Shown in pieces: positions 41,094 through 50,299 of a DNA stretch of 64,000 nucleotides; the first letter of the stretch is position 1, and each line of letters begins with the position of its first letter. The notes under the pieces are model-generated. The model did not search any database. It worked only from the letters and a program-made list of their open reading frames with translations, and was not told the origin of the DNA. The stretch is from Phycisphaerales bacterium (lineage in GTDB: Bacteria > Planctomycetota > Phycisphaerae > Phycisphaerales > UBA1924), in assembly GCA_029260435.1 (NCBI GenBank), contig JAJDDG010000005.1:1-64000 (forward strand). Direction: 5' to 3'. A program made the translations under genes and the position numbers.

Positions 41094-41173
41094 GGTGCCA
41101 CGACCTTGGCCCGGAGGGCAAGGCGTGCTTCTCATCTCTTTCGTGCCACTGACCTGTCTTCAGGTCAGTGCTT
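41094..41173. repeat. composite REP-like element (family 2 plus family 1 hairpins)
   Basis: GGTGCCACGACCTTGGCCCGGAGGGCAAGGCGTGCTT then GTGCCACTGACCTGTCTTCAGGTCAGTGCTT. Confidence 0.75.
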
Positions 41174-41236
41174 TTGGTCTCTCCTCTTCCTGATGCCTGA
41201 TCCCCGGTGCCTGGTGCCTTCTTCTTCTTCTTCCAT

Positions 41237-41266
41237 AAAAAAACGCGGCCCCGGGGGAGCCGCGTC
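41237..41266 (-). terminator. rho-independent terminator after the 41299..41844 gene
   Basis: On the minus strand: GCGGCUCCC/GGGGCCGC stem followed by UUUUUUU. Confidence 0.6.
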
Positions 41267-41298
41267 ATCAACTGTTCAGATGATCAAGCCGCCGGGGA

Positions 41299-41844
41299 TT
41301 ACTCCGCGATGTGCTCGAAAATAGACTGCGACCGCAACACCAGCCCGCCCTGGGCCAGCAGGTGGTAGCTCTGGGCATGAACTTCACGCCGAAAACGCTG
41401 GATATCAAGGATCGATGCGCACCGCCCATCCTCGTCCTCCCACTCGTGGATCAGCGCATCGTTGTCCCGCCCAAACTCCAGAAGCTCGTCGTACGTGTCC
41501 CCGTACAGGGTCTCGGGAAGCTGCTCCGTCTGAACGGTGCAGACATATTTGATCTTCTCGCCGAACGCCTGCTCGTGATCACGCTCGCCCGCGCACGGCA
41601 CCGCAGCCACGATCCCGCGATCCGGGATCCCGTCTTCCTGAGCCGAGACCAGTTCCGTGGCGCACAGCCCGTCGTACTGCAGACGCATCAGGTGCATCCC
41701 GGGCATCACCCATGCTTCAAACTCGTAATCGGCGTGCTGGATCCAACGACGATCTTTCACCTGAAACAGCTCGGGATGAAGGGCTCGTCGGTACAAGATA
41801 AGACGGTAAGCCTGGAGGCTGGTTGACTTGACTGGGGCGCTCAT
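41299..41844 (-). CDS. hypothetical protein (DUF2617-like, acidic)
   Basis: 181-aa ORF with good codon usage and a terminator immediately downstream. Confidence 0.5.
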   Translation of the reverse strand: MSAPVKSTSLQAYRLILYRRALHPELFQVKDRRWIQHADYEFEAWVMPGMHLMRLQYDGLCATELVSAQEDGIPDRGIVAAVPCAGERDHEQAFGEKIKYVCTVQTEQLPETLYGDTYDELLEFGRDNDALIHEWEDEDGRCASILDIQRFRREVHAQSYHLLAQGGLVLRSQSIFEHIAE

Positions 41845-41984
41845 GAATCGTCCTTAATACGGTTCGCAGTGGAGGAGAAACGACCTATTCCGTGTCGTCG
41901 CGGGTGGTCAGTGTAGGCAGCGAATCACCGCTTTCAAGAGAGAACCTGTGAACTCACGTACGGTTTCGTGAACTTCTTAGTTCA

Positions 41985-43994
41985 ATGAAAAAGAGGCAGA
42001 TTTTGCGCCCGGGCGAGTGGGCGACCACAACCACTAGTGTAATACACAACATCTGGAGGTCCAGCTTTTATCGGCCCGATTCGTTCTATCCAGTGTGGAC
42101 CCGTAAACCAACAAATCTCCAGAAACGTTTGGCATATGTACGGTCTTTGCCACGCACACAGCGCGATGCCGTCCTCACCGCCGCCCTCAATCATGCCCAT
42201 CCCGACGAGCGCGATGCCATCGCCCTCGAAGCCCTCGCCGCATCTGCCCACCCGCTCAGCAAGTCCCTCGTCGGCACCGTCCTCGCCCACTGGGATGTCC
42301 TCTCCCTCACCGTCCGCCGCCGAGCCCTCGAATCCGTCTCGGGCTCACTCCCCGATGTCTTTCGCCGTCTCAGGTTGTCCCAGGACCCCGCCGAACGCCG
42401 CGCCGCCGTTGTCCTCGCCGTCGCCTGTCTCGCCGATGCCCTCCAGCGCGACGCTGACCGCGAAGCACCCCTCCCGCCAGCCTTGGACGAAGCCGCACTC
42501 CGCGACCCCGAACTCGCCGCCGAGCTCGACGCCGTTCTCGCCGAAGCCGCCCGCCGTCTCGATGACCACCCCACCCGCCGCGAGCGAGACGCCGCGCCGG
42601 ACCCCGTCCTCTCGATCATCGTCCGCGTCGCGCACGCGCCGGGTCCCAACCTCCGAAAGTGGCTCAACACTCCAACCGAAGGGCACATGCCCCTCCGCGC
42701 AATCGCCAAAGCACTCCCCCGCGCTGAGCAGCTCGACCGCGCCGTCGCATGGCTCGCCGTCAAAGCGCTCCGCCCCGTCGCGATCGCAGCCCTCGAAACC
42801 GACCCCGCCGACGGCGCCCGCCGACTCGCCCGCAGCGCGCACCTGCTTACTGCCAACGCGCGCACCAAAGCGCTCCGCCGCCTCCGCGACCCCGCAATGA
42901 TGCTCCCCGCCAACGCTGCGCTGGATGCAATGCCAACCACCGAGCGCCTCGGCGCGATCCGCCTCCTCGGGCTGCTGGATATCAAACCCGAGCACCGCCT
43001 CGCGTACTGCGCCCGCCGCCTCACCGACCCCGCTCCCGAGGTCCGCCTTGCAGCGCTCGCCGCGCTCGCCGCCCAGCGCCCCTCCCCAGAGCTGGACAGC
43101 GCCCTGCTGGATTTCGCGTTCGATGAACACCCCCGCGTCGCGGCCCGCGCCGCAGGGTGCCTCGCCGGTGCAAACTCCTACAACCGCCGCGTTACGCTCA
43201 TCCCCGCGTTCGAAAACCTCGCCCGCTCGCCCCACAGCGCCGTCCGCACCATCGCCGCAGCCGCGCTCCGCGCCACCGACCCGCGGGCCGACCTCGATGC
43301 AACAGACCGCTTCGCCTGCCCCGTCGCCGCACGGCGCGCCCTCAAGCTCGACCCCGACGGGCTCACCCAGCAAATTGGCGATCGCACAACAAGCGAAGAG
43401 CCCGGACAGCGCAGCAGAGCCTTCCTGCTCGCAGACCGCCTCGCGCTGCTCGAGCACGTCGAAGCCGCACTCATCGACGCAGTGAAAAACGCCAACACCG
43501 CGCTCGCCGCGACCGCCGTCCGCCTGCTCGCCAAGCTCCCCGGCCCGGGTCCAGCGAGCGTCCTCCGTCTCGCGCTCGCGCACAAAGACGCCCGCGTCCG
43601 CGCAAACGCTGTCGAGGGGATCGCCATCAACCAACCCGCCGACCCGAAACTCGAAGTGCTCATCGCAGACCCAATCCCCCGCATCCGCGGCAACGCCCTG
43701 CGCCATGTCCTGCGCCGCGCACCGAAGAACCCACCCGCGTGCGCCGAACTCTCCCGCATGCTCGAAGACGCCCGCGCGCCGCACCGACTCACCGCACTCT
43801 GGGTCGCCGAACGCCTCGGGCACACACCCTCCGCCCGCCGAGTCGCCGAGATCGCCGCCAGCGATCCAGACGCCGCCGTCCACCGCCGTGCCGTGCGCTG
43901 CGCCCGCCGACTGCTCGCCGAGATGCGCAGCGCCAAACCAACCGCCTCGATCGTCACCCAAGCCGCCGACGCCGCTCCCTCCCGCTGCGCCTAG
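41985..43994 (+). CDS. HEAT/PBS-lyase repeat protein
   Basis: Repeated (D/E)xxVRxxAxxAL units throughout (EVRLAALAALAA, DARVRANAVEGIA, IPRIRGNALRHVL). Start uncertain. Confidence 0.65.
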   Translation: MKKRQILRPGEWATTTTSVIHNIWRSSFYRPDSFYPVWTRKPTNLQKRLAYVRSLPRTQRDAVLTAALNHAHPDERDAIALEALAASAHPLSKSLVGTVLAHWDVLSLTVRRRALESVSGSLPDVFRRLRLSQDPAERRAAVVLAVACLADALQRDADREAPLPPALDEAALRDPELAAELDAVLAEAARRLDDHPTRRERDAAPDPVLSIIVRVAHAPGPNLRKWLNTPTEGHMPLRAIAKALPRAEQLDRAVAWLAVKALRPVAIAALETDPADGARRLARSAHLLTANARTKALRRLRDPAMMLPANAALDAMPTTERLGAIRLLGLLDIKPEHRLAYCARRLTDPAPEVRLAALAALAAQRPSPELDSALLDFAFDEHPRVAARAAGCLAGANSYNRRVTLIPAFENLARSPHSAVRTIAAAALRATDPRADLDATDRFACPVAARRALKLDPDGLTQQIGDRTTSEEPGQRSRAFLLADRLALLEHVEAALIDAVKNANTALAATAVRLLAKLPGPGPASVLRLALAHKDARVRANAVEGIAINQPADPKLEVLIADPIPRIRGNALRHVLRRAPKNPPACAELSRMLEDARAPHRLTALWVAERLGHTPSARRVAEIAASDPDAAVHRRAVRCARRLLAEMRSAKPTASIVTQAADAAPSRCA

Positions 43995-44002
43995 GAATCC
44001 AC

Positions 44003-44512
44003 ATGCAGATCCTCTCGATCACAACAAACATCCTCTCGCCACTGCTCGCCGTGGACACCGTCTGGCTCGAAGCCGCGCCCATCGAAGAGACAGCATCAGC
44101 CGTTCACGGGAGCGGAGGGATGGTAGATGGAGTGGGGGGGTGGGGAGTGTTGATCGCCGCGCTCTTCGTGCTGCTCGCCTGCCTCCTCGCTACCCGCTAC
44201 CTGATCCACCGTTCGCGCACCACCGATCTCCAGGCAGCCTTCTCCCGCCTCGCCAGGCGCATGATGCTGCCCCGTCGCGCCCGAAAATCAATCCTCGCCC
44301 TGAGCGAATCCTCGGGCATCCCCGCCGCCGCCATGCTCATCTCCCGAGGCGCATTCACCGCCGCCCTCGCAACCGCCGATACAGACCAGACCAAAGAACC
44401 CCGCGCACGCGCACCGCGCATCATGCTGGGGCTCTTCGCAGAACTCACCCCGCCGCCCCGATCCGGGGGAGCGTGGGGCACCCTCATCAACCGCTTCTCA
44501 ACCCGCACCTGA
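44003..44512 (+). CDS. hypothetical membrane protein
   Basis: ATG 44003, 9 nt after the HEAT gene stop. One TM helix (GVLIAALFVLLACLLA) and a basic C-terminal region. Confidence 0.45.
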   Translation: MQILSITTNILSPLLAVDTVWLEAAPIEETASAVHGSGGMVDGVGGWGVLIAALFVLLACLLATRYLIHRSRTTDLQAAFSRLARRMMLPRRARKSILALSESSGIPAAAMLISRGAFTAALATADTDQTKEPRARAPRIMLGLFAELTPPPRSGGAWGTLINRFSTRT

Positions 44513-44520
44513 GCCAACAC

Positions 44521-44991
44521 ATGCAAGACCCATCCGAAAGACGCGAGCACCGCCGACTGCCCTACAACCGCGAGGTCAAGTTCGCCTGGCTCCACGACGG
44601 CTGCATCGCGTGGCCCGCCCGCCGCATCATCGCCGAAGACATCTCCAAGGGCGGCATCCGCCTGCGAGGCGAGATCATCCCCGAGGGCGCAACCTCCGCG
44701 GTCATCGAACTCAAACGCGCCGACGGCACCCGCGCCGTCATGGGTGTCAATGTCGTCTACACCAAGAACATGATCCACACCGCCGCGCAACTCGAACGCG
44801 AAATGGACGCCGCGAGCAGTGGGGGGGGTGGGAGCAGTGGGAGTGCCGGTGGAGGTGTTGGTGTGGGGGGTGGTCTGGGTGGGGGGGTTGCAGGCGCACG
44901 CTTCTTTGCGCTCTCGGACGAACTCATCGAACGCGAACTCACAGACGCACAAGGCAGAGTCACAGGGCTCGACGCCTACGTCGCCGCGTGA
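44521..44991 (+). CDS. PilZ-domain c-di-GMP receptor with a Gly/Ser-rich linker
   Basis: RREHRRLPY (RxxxR) and EDISKGGIRL (DxSxGG) motifs. Confidence 0.7.
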   Translation: MQDPSERREHRRLPYNREVKFAWLHDGCIAWPARRIIAEDISKGGIRLRGEIIPEGATSAVIELKRADGTRAVMGVNVVYTKNMIHTAAQLEREMDAASSGGGGSSGSAGGGVGVGGGLGGGVAGARFFALSDELIERELTDAQGRVTGLDAYVAA

Positions 44992-45095
44992 TAAGCATAT
45001 CTGAGCGCCTTTGTTTTTCCTTTATAGTCCGCCGCCCAACCGTGGTACTCTGATCGCACGAGGCGAAGCCCATGCCGGGTTGTAAGGAGATAAGC

Positions 45096-45950
45096 ATGAA
45101 GTTGAGTATGATCATCGCTACAGGCCTGATGATGTGTTCTTCGTTCGCTCATGCGCAGCCCTGCGCAAACTATGACGCCTCGCTGGGTACATTCCCCGAG
45201 GATCAGGGTTGGGCATACGAAACAACCGGCGATACAGTCGTTATCACTACCGAGATCCGCGGAGACGCCCTGTACCAGAACTCGATGCCCGGGCATACCT
45301 GCCCCCCATCCGCAACGAATGCCCGGATCGCCGCCTGGCAAATATCCGGCGATTCATTCGAGTTCATTGACGGCATTGTCTTTGCAACAGAATTGAAAAT
45401 CATTGAGTCAGAAATCAATCAAAACTGCTCGCTCGGCTACGCTCGGGCTGGTGTGGCTTTCACCGCGATCGACGTGAACGGGAATGTATTCTGGATCGGT
45501 TTCGGCGAGGAAACAGTCCTACTCTCGAACTCGACCATCGCTCCAGTTGGCCCGGCCGTGAAAGAGATCGACTTCACGACGACCGACGGTTTCCATGTGT
45601 ACCGAGTTGAAGTGTCCGGATCGAGCGCGCTGTTATTCATCGACAACGTACTCTTAGGCGCAATCAACGGATTAGGAAATACAGTGGGAAGCACGAACCG
45701 TGTCTGGATCGGTGACGGTACAGTCTTCGCCAACAGCGAGTTCGAGATCCGCTCCTTCCATGTTGTTGGTCCGAACTGCTGCACGGCCGATGTGAATGGA
45801 GATAGCGTTATAGATGTCAACGACATCACATACGTGCTGTTCCGCCTCGGAAGCACGTGCCCCCCTTGCGACGGCGACGCCAACGAAGACGGCGCGGTCG
45901 ATGTCAACGATCTGACCTTTGTGCTCTTCCGCCTCGGTGATCCGTGTTGA
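45096..45950 (+). CDS. secreted protein with C-terminal dockerin-like repeats
   Basis: AAGGAG RBS and a signal peptide. Two DVNGDSVIDVNDITYVLFRLG / DANEDGAVDVNDLTFVLFRLG repeats. Local GC is markedly lower than in the flanks. Confidence 0.6.
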   Translation: MKLSMIIATGLMMCSSFAHAQPCANYDASLGTFPEDQGWAYETTGDTVVITTEIRGDALYQNSMPGHTCPPSATNARIAAWQISGDSFEFIDGIVFATELKIIESEINQNCSLGYARAGVAFTAIDVNGNVFWIGFGEETVLLSNSTIAPVGPAVKEIDFTTTDGFHVYRVEVSGSSALLFIDNVLLGAINGLGNTVGSTNRVWIGDGTVFANSEFEIRSFHVVGPNCCTADVNGDSVIDVNDITYVLFRLGSTCPPCDGDANEDGAVDVNDLTFVLFRLGDPC

Positions 45951-45977
45951 ACATATCTGTAAACTCAAACCGTGTTC

Positions 45978-46200
45978 ACCATCGCCGGGTGCCACTGGCG
46001 GCTTGTCCGCCAGTGTCCGCCCTGCTCAAGAAAACGTAACGCGCACCGTCACTCGAACACAACGCATCCCCGCCGCACGCCCCTTCTTCCTTTGAAAAAA
46101 GCCATGCGAAGCATGGCATAAAGACAATCTCTCTTGAGGGGGTGCGGGGGATCCCTCCCCCGCATCGCGCATGTCTCGTCCGCCGCAGCACGCACGCCGT
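45978..46200 (+). repeat. ~230-bp structured repeat element, copy B
   Basis: Same three hairpins as copy A, in the same order and orientation. Confidence 0.8.
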
Positions 46201-46220
46201 GTTCTGATTAGCCTGTCTCT

Positions 46221-46784
46221 ATGCCGCCGTCTTCTCCCAAACTCATTTTCCTCATCGGGCTCCGCGGCTCGGGCAAGACCACCCTCGGGCGCATGCTCGC
46301 CGAGCACCTCGGCGCATCGTTCGACGATCTCGACGACCTCGTCCGTGCGCACTTCGGTGTCGATACGATCCGCGAGATCTGGGAGACCGCCGGCGAGCGC
46401 GCATTCCGCGAGCAGGAAGCCGTGTGCATCAAGGACACCATCGCGGCGCACACTACCGCCGGACAGGAATCGATCCCGAGGGTCATCGCGCTCGGCGGCG
46501 GTTCGCCGACCGCCCCCGGAGCAAATAACACTCTCGTAGAGGCGCAGAACGCCGCCGTTTGCGACGTCATCTACCTCGATGCGCCCCCAGCGACGCTCGC
46601 CGCGCGCATCAACGCGTGCGATCCGGACCGACCGAGCCTCACGGGTACCGATCCTGTGCGCGAAGTCACCGCGGTGCATACGCAGAGACACAGCATGTAT
46701 GCGCAGCTCGCGCGCCACTCCGTGGACGCATCGGGCACCCTTGATGCTGTCCTGGCGCGCATCATTAGTGCACTCGAATCATAA
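46221..46784 (+). CDS. aroK: shikimate kinase
   Basis: LIGLRGSGKTTLGRMLAE P-loop plus a DxD shikimate-binding region. Confidence 0.85.
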   Translation: MPPSSPKLIFLIGLRGSGKTTLGRMLAEHLGASFDDLDDLVRAHFGVDTIREIWETAGERAFREQEAVCIKDTIAAHTTAGQESIPRVIALGGGSPTAPGANNTLVEAQNAAVCDVIYLDAPPATLAARINACDPDRPSLTGTDPVREVTAVHTQRHSMYAQLARHSVDASGTLDAVLARIISALES

Positions 46785-46835
46785 TTTTTCAGAGATGAAA
46801 AACGATGGATGGGGTGGTGGTGGAGGAGCGGGGGG

Positions 46836-47228
46836 TTAGGCGGCGAGCGAGTAGCGACCGCTCTCAAGGCGTTCCATGAGCCGCTGCTGATCGCCCGGCA
46901 TCACAAACCGCTTGAACACACACGCCATCCGCACAGGCCCGTTGTCCTCGACATCGTCCTCGTTGATCCACACAACATTCGCGAACGCGTACACCGGGCG
47001 GCGCTGGGAAAACCGCAGCGACTCCTGCCCCGGTAGTGTCAATCGGATCGCGACACTCGTGCCCGGCTCGATCGGGTAATCGAGTTCGAACCGCATCCCG
47101 CCCTCGGAAACGTCGTACGCGTGACCGGACCACTGGAATGTGTCGTTGTCGAGCGGGCGGATATCCACACGCGTGTACATCGAGGGGAGCGTGTAACGCT
47201 GGTGCTGGCGGCGGTTGTTCCCGTACAT
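46836..47228 (-). CDS. PilZ-domain c-di-GMP receptor
   Basis: RRQHQRY and DVSEGGMRFE motifs. The start could also be 47249. Confidence 0.7.
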   Translation of the reverse strand: MYGNNRRQHQRYTLPSMYTRVDIRPLDNDTFQWSGHAYDVSEGGMRFELDYPIEPGTSVAIRLTLPGQESLRFSQRRPVYAFANVVWINEDDVEDNGPVRMACVFKRFVMPGDQQRLMERLESGRYSLAA

Positions 47229-47353
47229 GACTGGCCTCCCTTGGCGCAATTCGGCCCTTGGCTGATAGCGCTATCGGTCGGCGGCGGGGCGGGGTTGAGC
47301 GGGTTGTGTGGTTGCGCCCGGTCGTGGCGCGGGGGAGCCCCGTATGTGGGGGG

Positions 47354-47815
47354 CTACGTTCGGGCGGCGATCAATTCGAGACTGACGCGGTCGATCGGCA
47401 GCCCGAGTTCGGCCTCGATCTGCTGCACCAGTTCGCTCGGGAACGACGCGAGGAGTTTTTTACCCAGGTGATGCGGCACATCGATGATCGAGCCGTCGGG
47501 CGATGTGATGTGCAGATGATCCGAGGTGTCGGCGTCGTAGCGGGTGGGGCCGCTCGCGGTGGGGATGCACCGGATGATGCCGGCTTTGCAGAAGGTTTCG
47601 AGTGTGTTGTAGACGGTGGCGAGCGAGGAGCACGAGCAGTTGCACCCGAGCATGTCGCGCAGTTGCTCTGCGGTGGGGTGGGTGTCCGTTTTCGCGAGGG
47701 CGCGGTAGAGCTCGAGGCGCTGCTTGGTGCAGCGCAGCCCGGCTTCGGCGAATAAAGATCTGATCTGTTGATCGCAATCGACCATCAGTTGGGTCACCTC
47801 GTTTCGATGGAGCAT
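47354..47815 (-). CDS. fur: Fur-family transcriptional regulator
   Basis: LRCTKQRLELYRAL...HPTAEQL...SLATVYNTLETF winged-helix region. HHxxxxC-type metal-site residues. Confidence 0.8.
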   Translation of the reverse strand: MLHRNEVTQLMVDCDQQIRSLFAEAGLRCTKQRLELYRALAKTDTHPTAEQLRDMLGCNCSCSSLATVYNTLETFCKAGIIRCIPTASGPTRYDADTSDHLHITSPDGSIIDVPHHLGKKLLASFPSELVQQIEAELGLPIDRVSLELIAART

Positions 47816-47879
47816 TCTTACAGGGCAATCGGCGCAAGGCGAGCCGATTACTTCGATTCGTTGAGATTGCGAATGAGTC

Positions 47880-48389
47880 TCAAGAAGAAGACGACGCTTC
47901 GGCGGCTTCCGGGGTTCTATGGTCTGACGGCGGCTCGAAGACCATTTTGTAGTGTGGGATCCCGGCTTCCTGGTATTCGTCTTCCATTTTGGACCACCCC
48001 ATGGACTCATAAAATTCGATGGCGCCAACGCGGGCGCTGCACCAGAGGGATTTCAGGGCGAGTTCGCCGAATGCCCGGCGTTCGAGTTCGGCGACGAGTC
48101 GGCGGGCGATGCCCTCGCGCTGGCGCTGGGGATCAACGACCATCTGCATCAGCTTGGCGGTGCCCTTGGTTGGGTAGTCCGGTAACAGGCAGACGCACCC
48201 GATGACCCGCTCACCCGAGGGGTGGTTGACGACGGCGACGATGTGTTCGCAGGCGGCTTCGGAGCCTGGGAAGAGCTTGTCGAGGTCGTCCATGTCGATG
48301 CCGATGGGCTTGAGCAGCACCCGGACGCGCAGCGCAACCTCTTGTGTATAAAGAGGATGCTGCTGATCGATGCGGATGACACGGATCAT
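47880..48389 (-). CDS. GNAT-family N-acetyltransferase
   Basis: QRQREGIARRLVAELERRAFGEL acetyl-CoA-binding motif A. Confidence 0.8.
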   Translation of the reverse strand: MIRVIRIDQQHPLYTQEVALRVRVLLKPIGIDMDDLDKLFPGSEAACEHIVAVVNHPSGERVIGCVCLLPDYPTKGTAKLMQMVVDPQRQREGIARRLVAELERRAFGELALKSLWCSARVGAIEFYESMGWSKMEDEYQEAGIPHYKMVFEPPSDHRTPEAAEASSSS

Positions 48390-48479
48390 GTAGAAGCTCG
48401 CTGCGTATGGCCCGGTGGGACGGTGTATTCAAGGATAGTATCCACTTACCGGGGCGGCGTTCAATCATCGATCCCGGTG

Positions 48480-49295
48480 ATGGGTAAAACTCGTGGAGTT
48501 GGTGGGTGCGACGGGGTTTGGAGACGGCGCGTGGCGAAGCGGCGGGTAGAAGAAGATCGGCGGCTGCTGTGTGAGGGGTGCGGGTACGACCTGACGGGGC
48601 TTGCGGGTGAAGGCGATGGTGGGAGGGCTTGCCCGGAGTGCGGGAGGGGGATCAACGAGTCGAAGCCCGTGCATCGGACGGGGACGGCGTGGCAGCGAAT
48701 CGGCGGGGTGCGCGGGTGGTGGGGATCGCTGGTGGAGTTGGTGCGTGGGAATCAGCAGATGTGGGAAGAGGCGCGGGTGGGATGGCGGACCGACCGGCAT
48801 TTGGCGCTATTCAATGCCGTCGCTGCGGGTGGGCTCGTCGTAGCGGGACTTGTCACCAACGGCATCTTTGGAACCAGTTTCCGAGAGGTAGCCGAGGTAA
48901 CCGTCGTTGTGCTGATTCTCTTCTGGTGGGTGCTCGTTCATCTGATAACGACATCGCTCGTGCTGATAATGATCTGGATTGAGCATGTCGGCATTCGATT
49001 CTTCGGGAAACGACGGGGATGGCGAATTAGCGAGGGGGTTGCGTGGACGGTTGTGGGTCACGCGAGCTATGGGTGGCTGGTGAGCGGGGTTTTGTGCGGC
49101 GTGCTGATGCTCGAGCCGGTTCGGATGAATATGCCGTGGCGAGATATGGAGTTGCCGTTTTTAGCAGGGCATATCGATGGATACCTCATCACGCTGATTG
49201 GCGCGGCGCTGTGGGGGATGATTGTGTTTGAGATTTGTGTGTATCTGGGTGTGCGGAAGATGCGGTATGCGAACCCTCCAACAATCACGCAGTGA
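48480..49295 (+). CDS. zinc-ribbon (CEGC-x18-CPECG) multi-pass membrane protein
   Basis: ATG 48480. N-terminal Cys motif, then ~5 TM helices. The 3' third is duplicated at 49589..49969. Confidence 0.55.
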   Translation: MGKTRGVGGCDGVWRRRVAKRRVEEDRRLLCEGCGYDLTGLAGEGDGGRACPECGRGINESKPVHRTGTAWQRIGGVRGWWGSLVELVRGNQQMWEEARVGWRTDRHLALFNAVAAGGLVVAGLVTNGIFGTSFREVAEVTVVVLILFWWVLVHLITTSLVLIMIWIEHVGIRFFGKRRGWRISEGVAWTVVGHASYGWLVSGVLCGVLMLEPVRMNMPWRDMELPFLAGHIDGYLITLIGAALWGMIVFEICVYLGVRKMRYANPPTITQ

Positions 49296-49585
49296 CACGC
49301 TTCTCGATTCACGATGCGGGGGAAGTGTCCCCCGTTTACCCCCCCTTTATGTTTCGCAATGCGGGGGAAGAATCCCCCGCACCCCCTCAGGAAGAAGAAG
49401 GCATCGGGGATCAGGTGCCGAGCATCAGGAAGAAGCTATTTTTCAGCCACGCTTCGCGTGGCTTTTTTCTGAGGAAGAAGGAGCGGGCGGCGGGGAAGCA
49501 TTTAGTTCGTGTAATGGTGTGTGTTCCGTTTGTTTGAACAGGGCGGGCACTGGCGGACAAGCCGCAGTGGCACCCGGCGTTTCCA
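49296..49585 (-). repeat. ~230-bp structured repeat element, copy C (inverted orientation, internally expanded)
   Basis: The reverse complement aligns with copies A and B. The middle hairpin carries compensatory changes (GCCACGC/GCGTGGC), and the terminal hairpin is partly duplicated. Confidence 0.8.
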
Positions 49586-49588
49586 CGT

Positions 49589-49969
49589 TTGGATCGATGG
49601 CTGTTGCTTGGGTTATTAATCGTGCTGGCCGTTGGTGGTATTACTTTGCTACTGACTGGTGTTGAGCAGAAAGGGATTCGGTTCTTTGGGAACCGGCGCG
49701 GGTGGCGGATTTCGGAGGGTGTGGGATGGACGGTTGTTGGGCACGCGAGCTACGGGTGGCTGGTGAGTGGGGTGCTGATGCTCGAGCCGGTTCGGATGAA
49801 TATGCCGTGGCGAGATATGGAGGTGCCGTTTTTAATGTCGGATATCGATGGGTACCTCATCACGCTGATTGGCGCGGCGCTGTGGGGGATGATTGTGTTT
49901 GAGATTTGTGTGTATCTGGGAGTGCGGAAGATGCGGTATGCGAATCCGCCGGGAGTTGTTTCTTCTTGA
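49589..49969 (+). pseudogene. partial paralog (3' membrane module) of the 48480..49295 gene, with no ATG (TTG/GTG only)
   Basis: The last ~95 aa are ~90% identical to the C-terminus of 48480..49295. The nucleotides are near-identical from GCTGGTGAG onward. Confidence 0.5.
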
Positions 49970-50175
49970 AATGCGATGCGGGGGGCAAGCCCCCCGCATC
50001 CCCCGAAGAGATGCTGTTTATCTGCCACGCTCCCCCACACACAGGCGTGGGGCATTTTTCTGAGGAAGAAGGAGCGGGCACAGGGTATGTGTTGTGTTCA
50101 TGTGATGGACGCGTCACGATTGTTTGAGCAGGCCGGACACTGGCGGACAAGCCGCCAGTGGCACCCGGCGTTGAA
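49970..50175 (-). repeat. ~230-bp structured repeat element, copy D (inverted orientation)
   Basis: The reverse complement aligns with copies A-C. The GGTGCCACTGGCGGCTTGTCCGCCAGTG head is intact. Confidence 0.8.
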
Positions 50176-50299
50176 AGTGAACCAGTATCCGGAATGCCTA
50201 GTTCAATGCGATTTTAAATAAATTGATCCCTAGGACAAACAGGATGAATCCAATGCCCAGACTGATGAGCGATATGAACACCCAGCCGAGGACAATGCC

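Noticed and set aside
47816-47879. Fur box in the GNAT/fur intergenic gap
   Set aside because: A GAGATTGCGAATGAGTCTC partial palindrome and an ATTCGATTCG direct repeat are present, but there is no 19-bp GATAATGATAATCATTATC-like match. Recorded as unproven.
36858-50127. Short ORFs inside the 230-bp repeat copies that share an IPRTP...FQPCYAW...DTGGQAASGT peptide
   Set aside because: The amino-acid similarity simply reflects ~80% nucleotide identity. Indels shift the frame between copies and there is no consistent start or RBS. The element is treated as non-coding.
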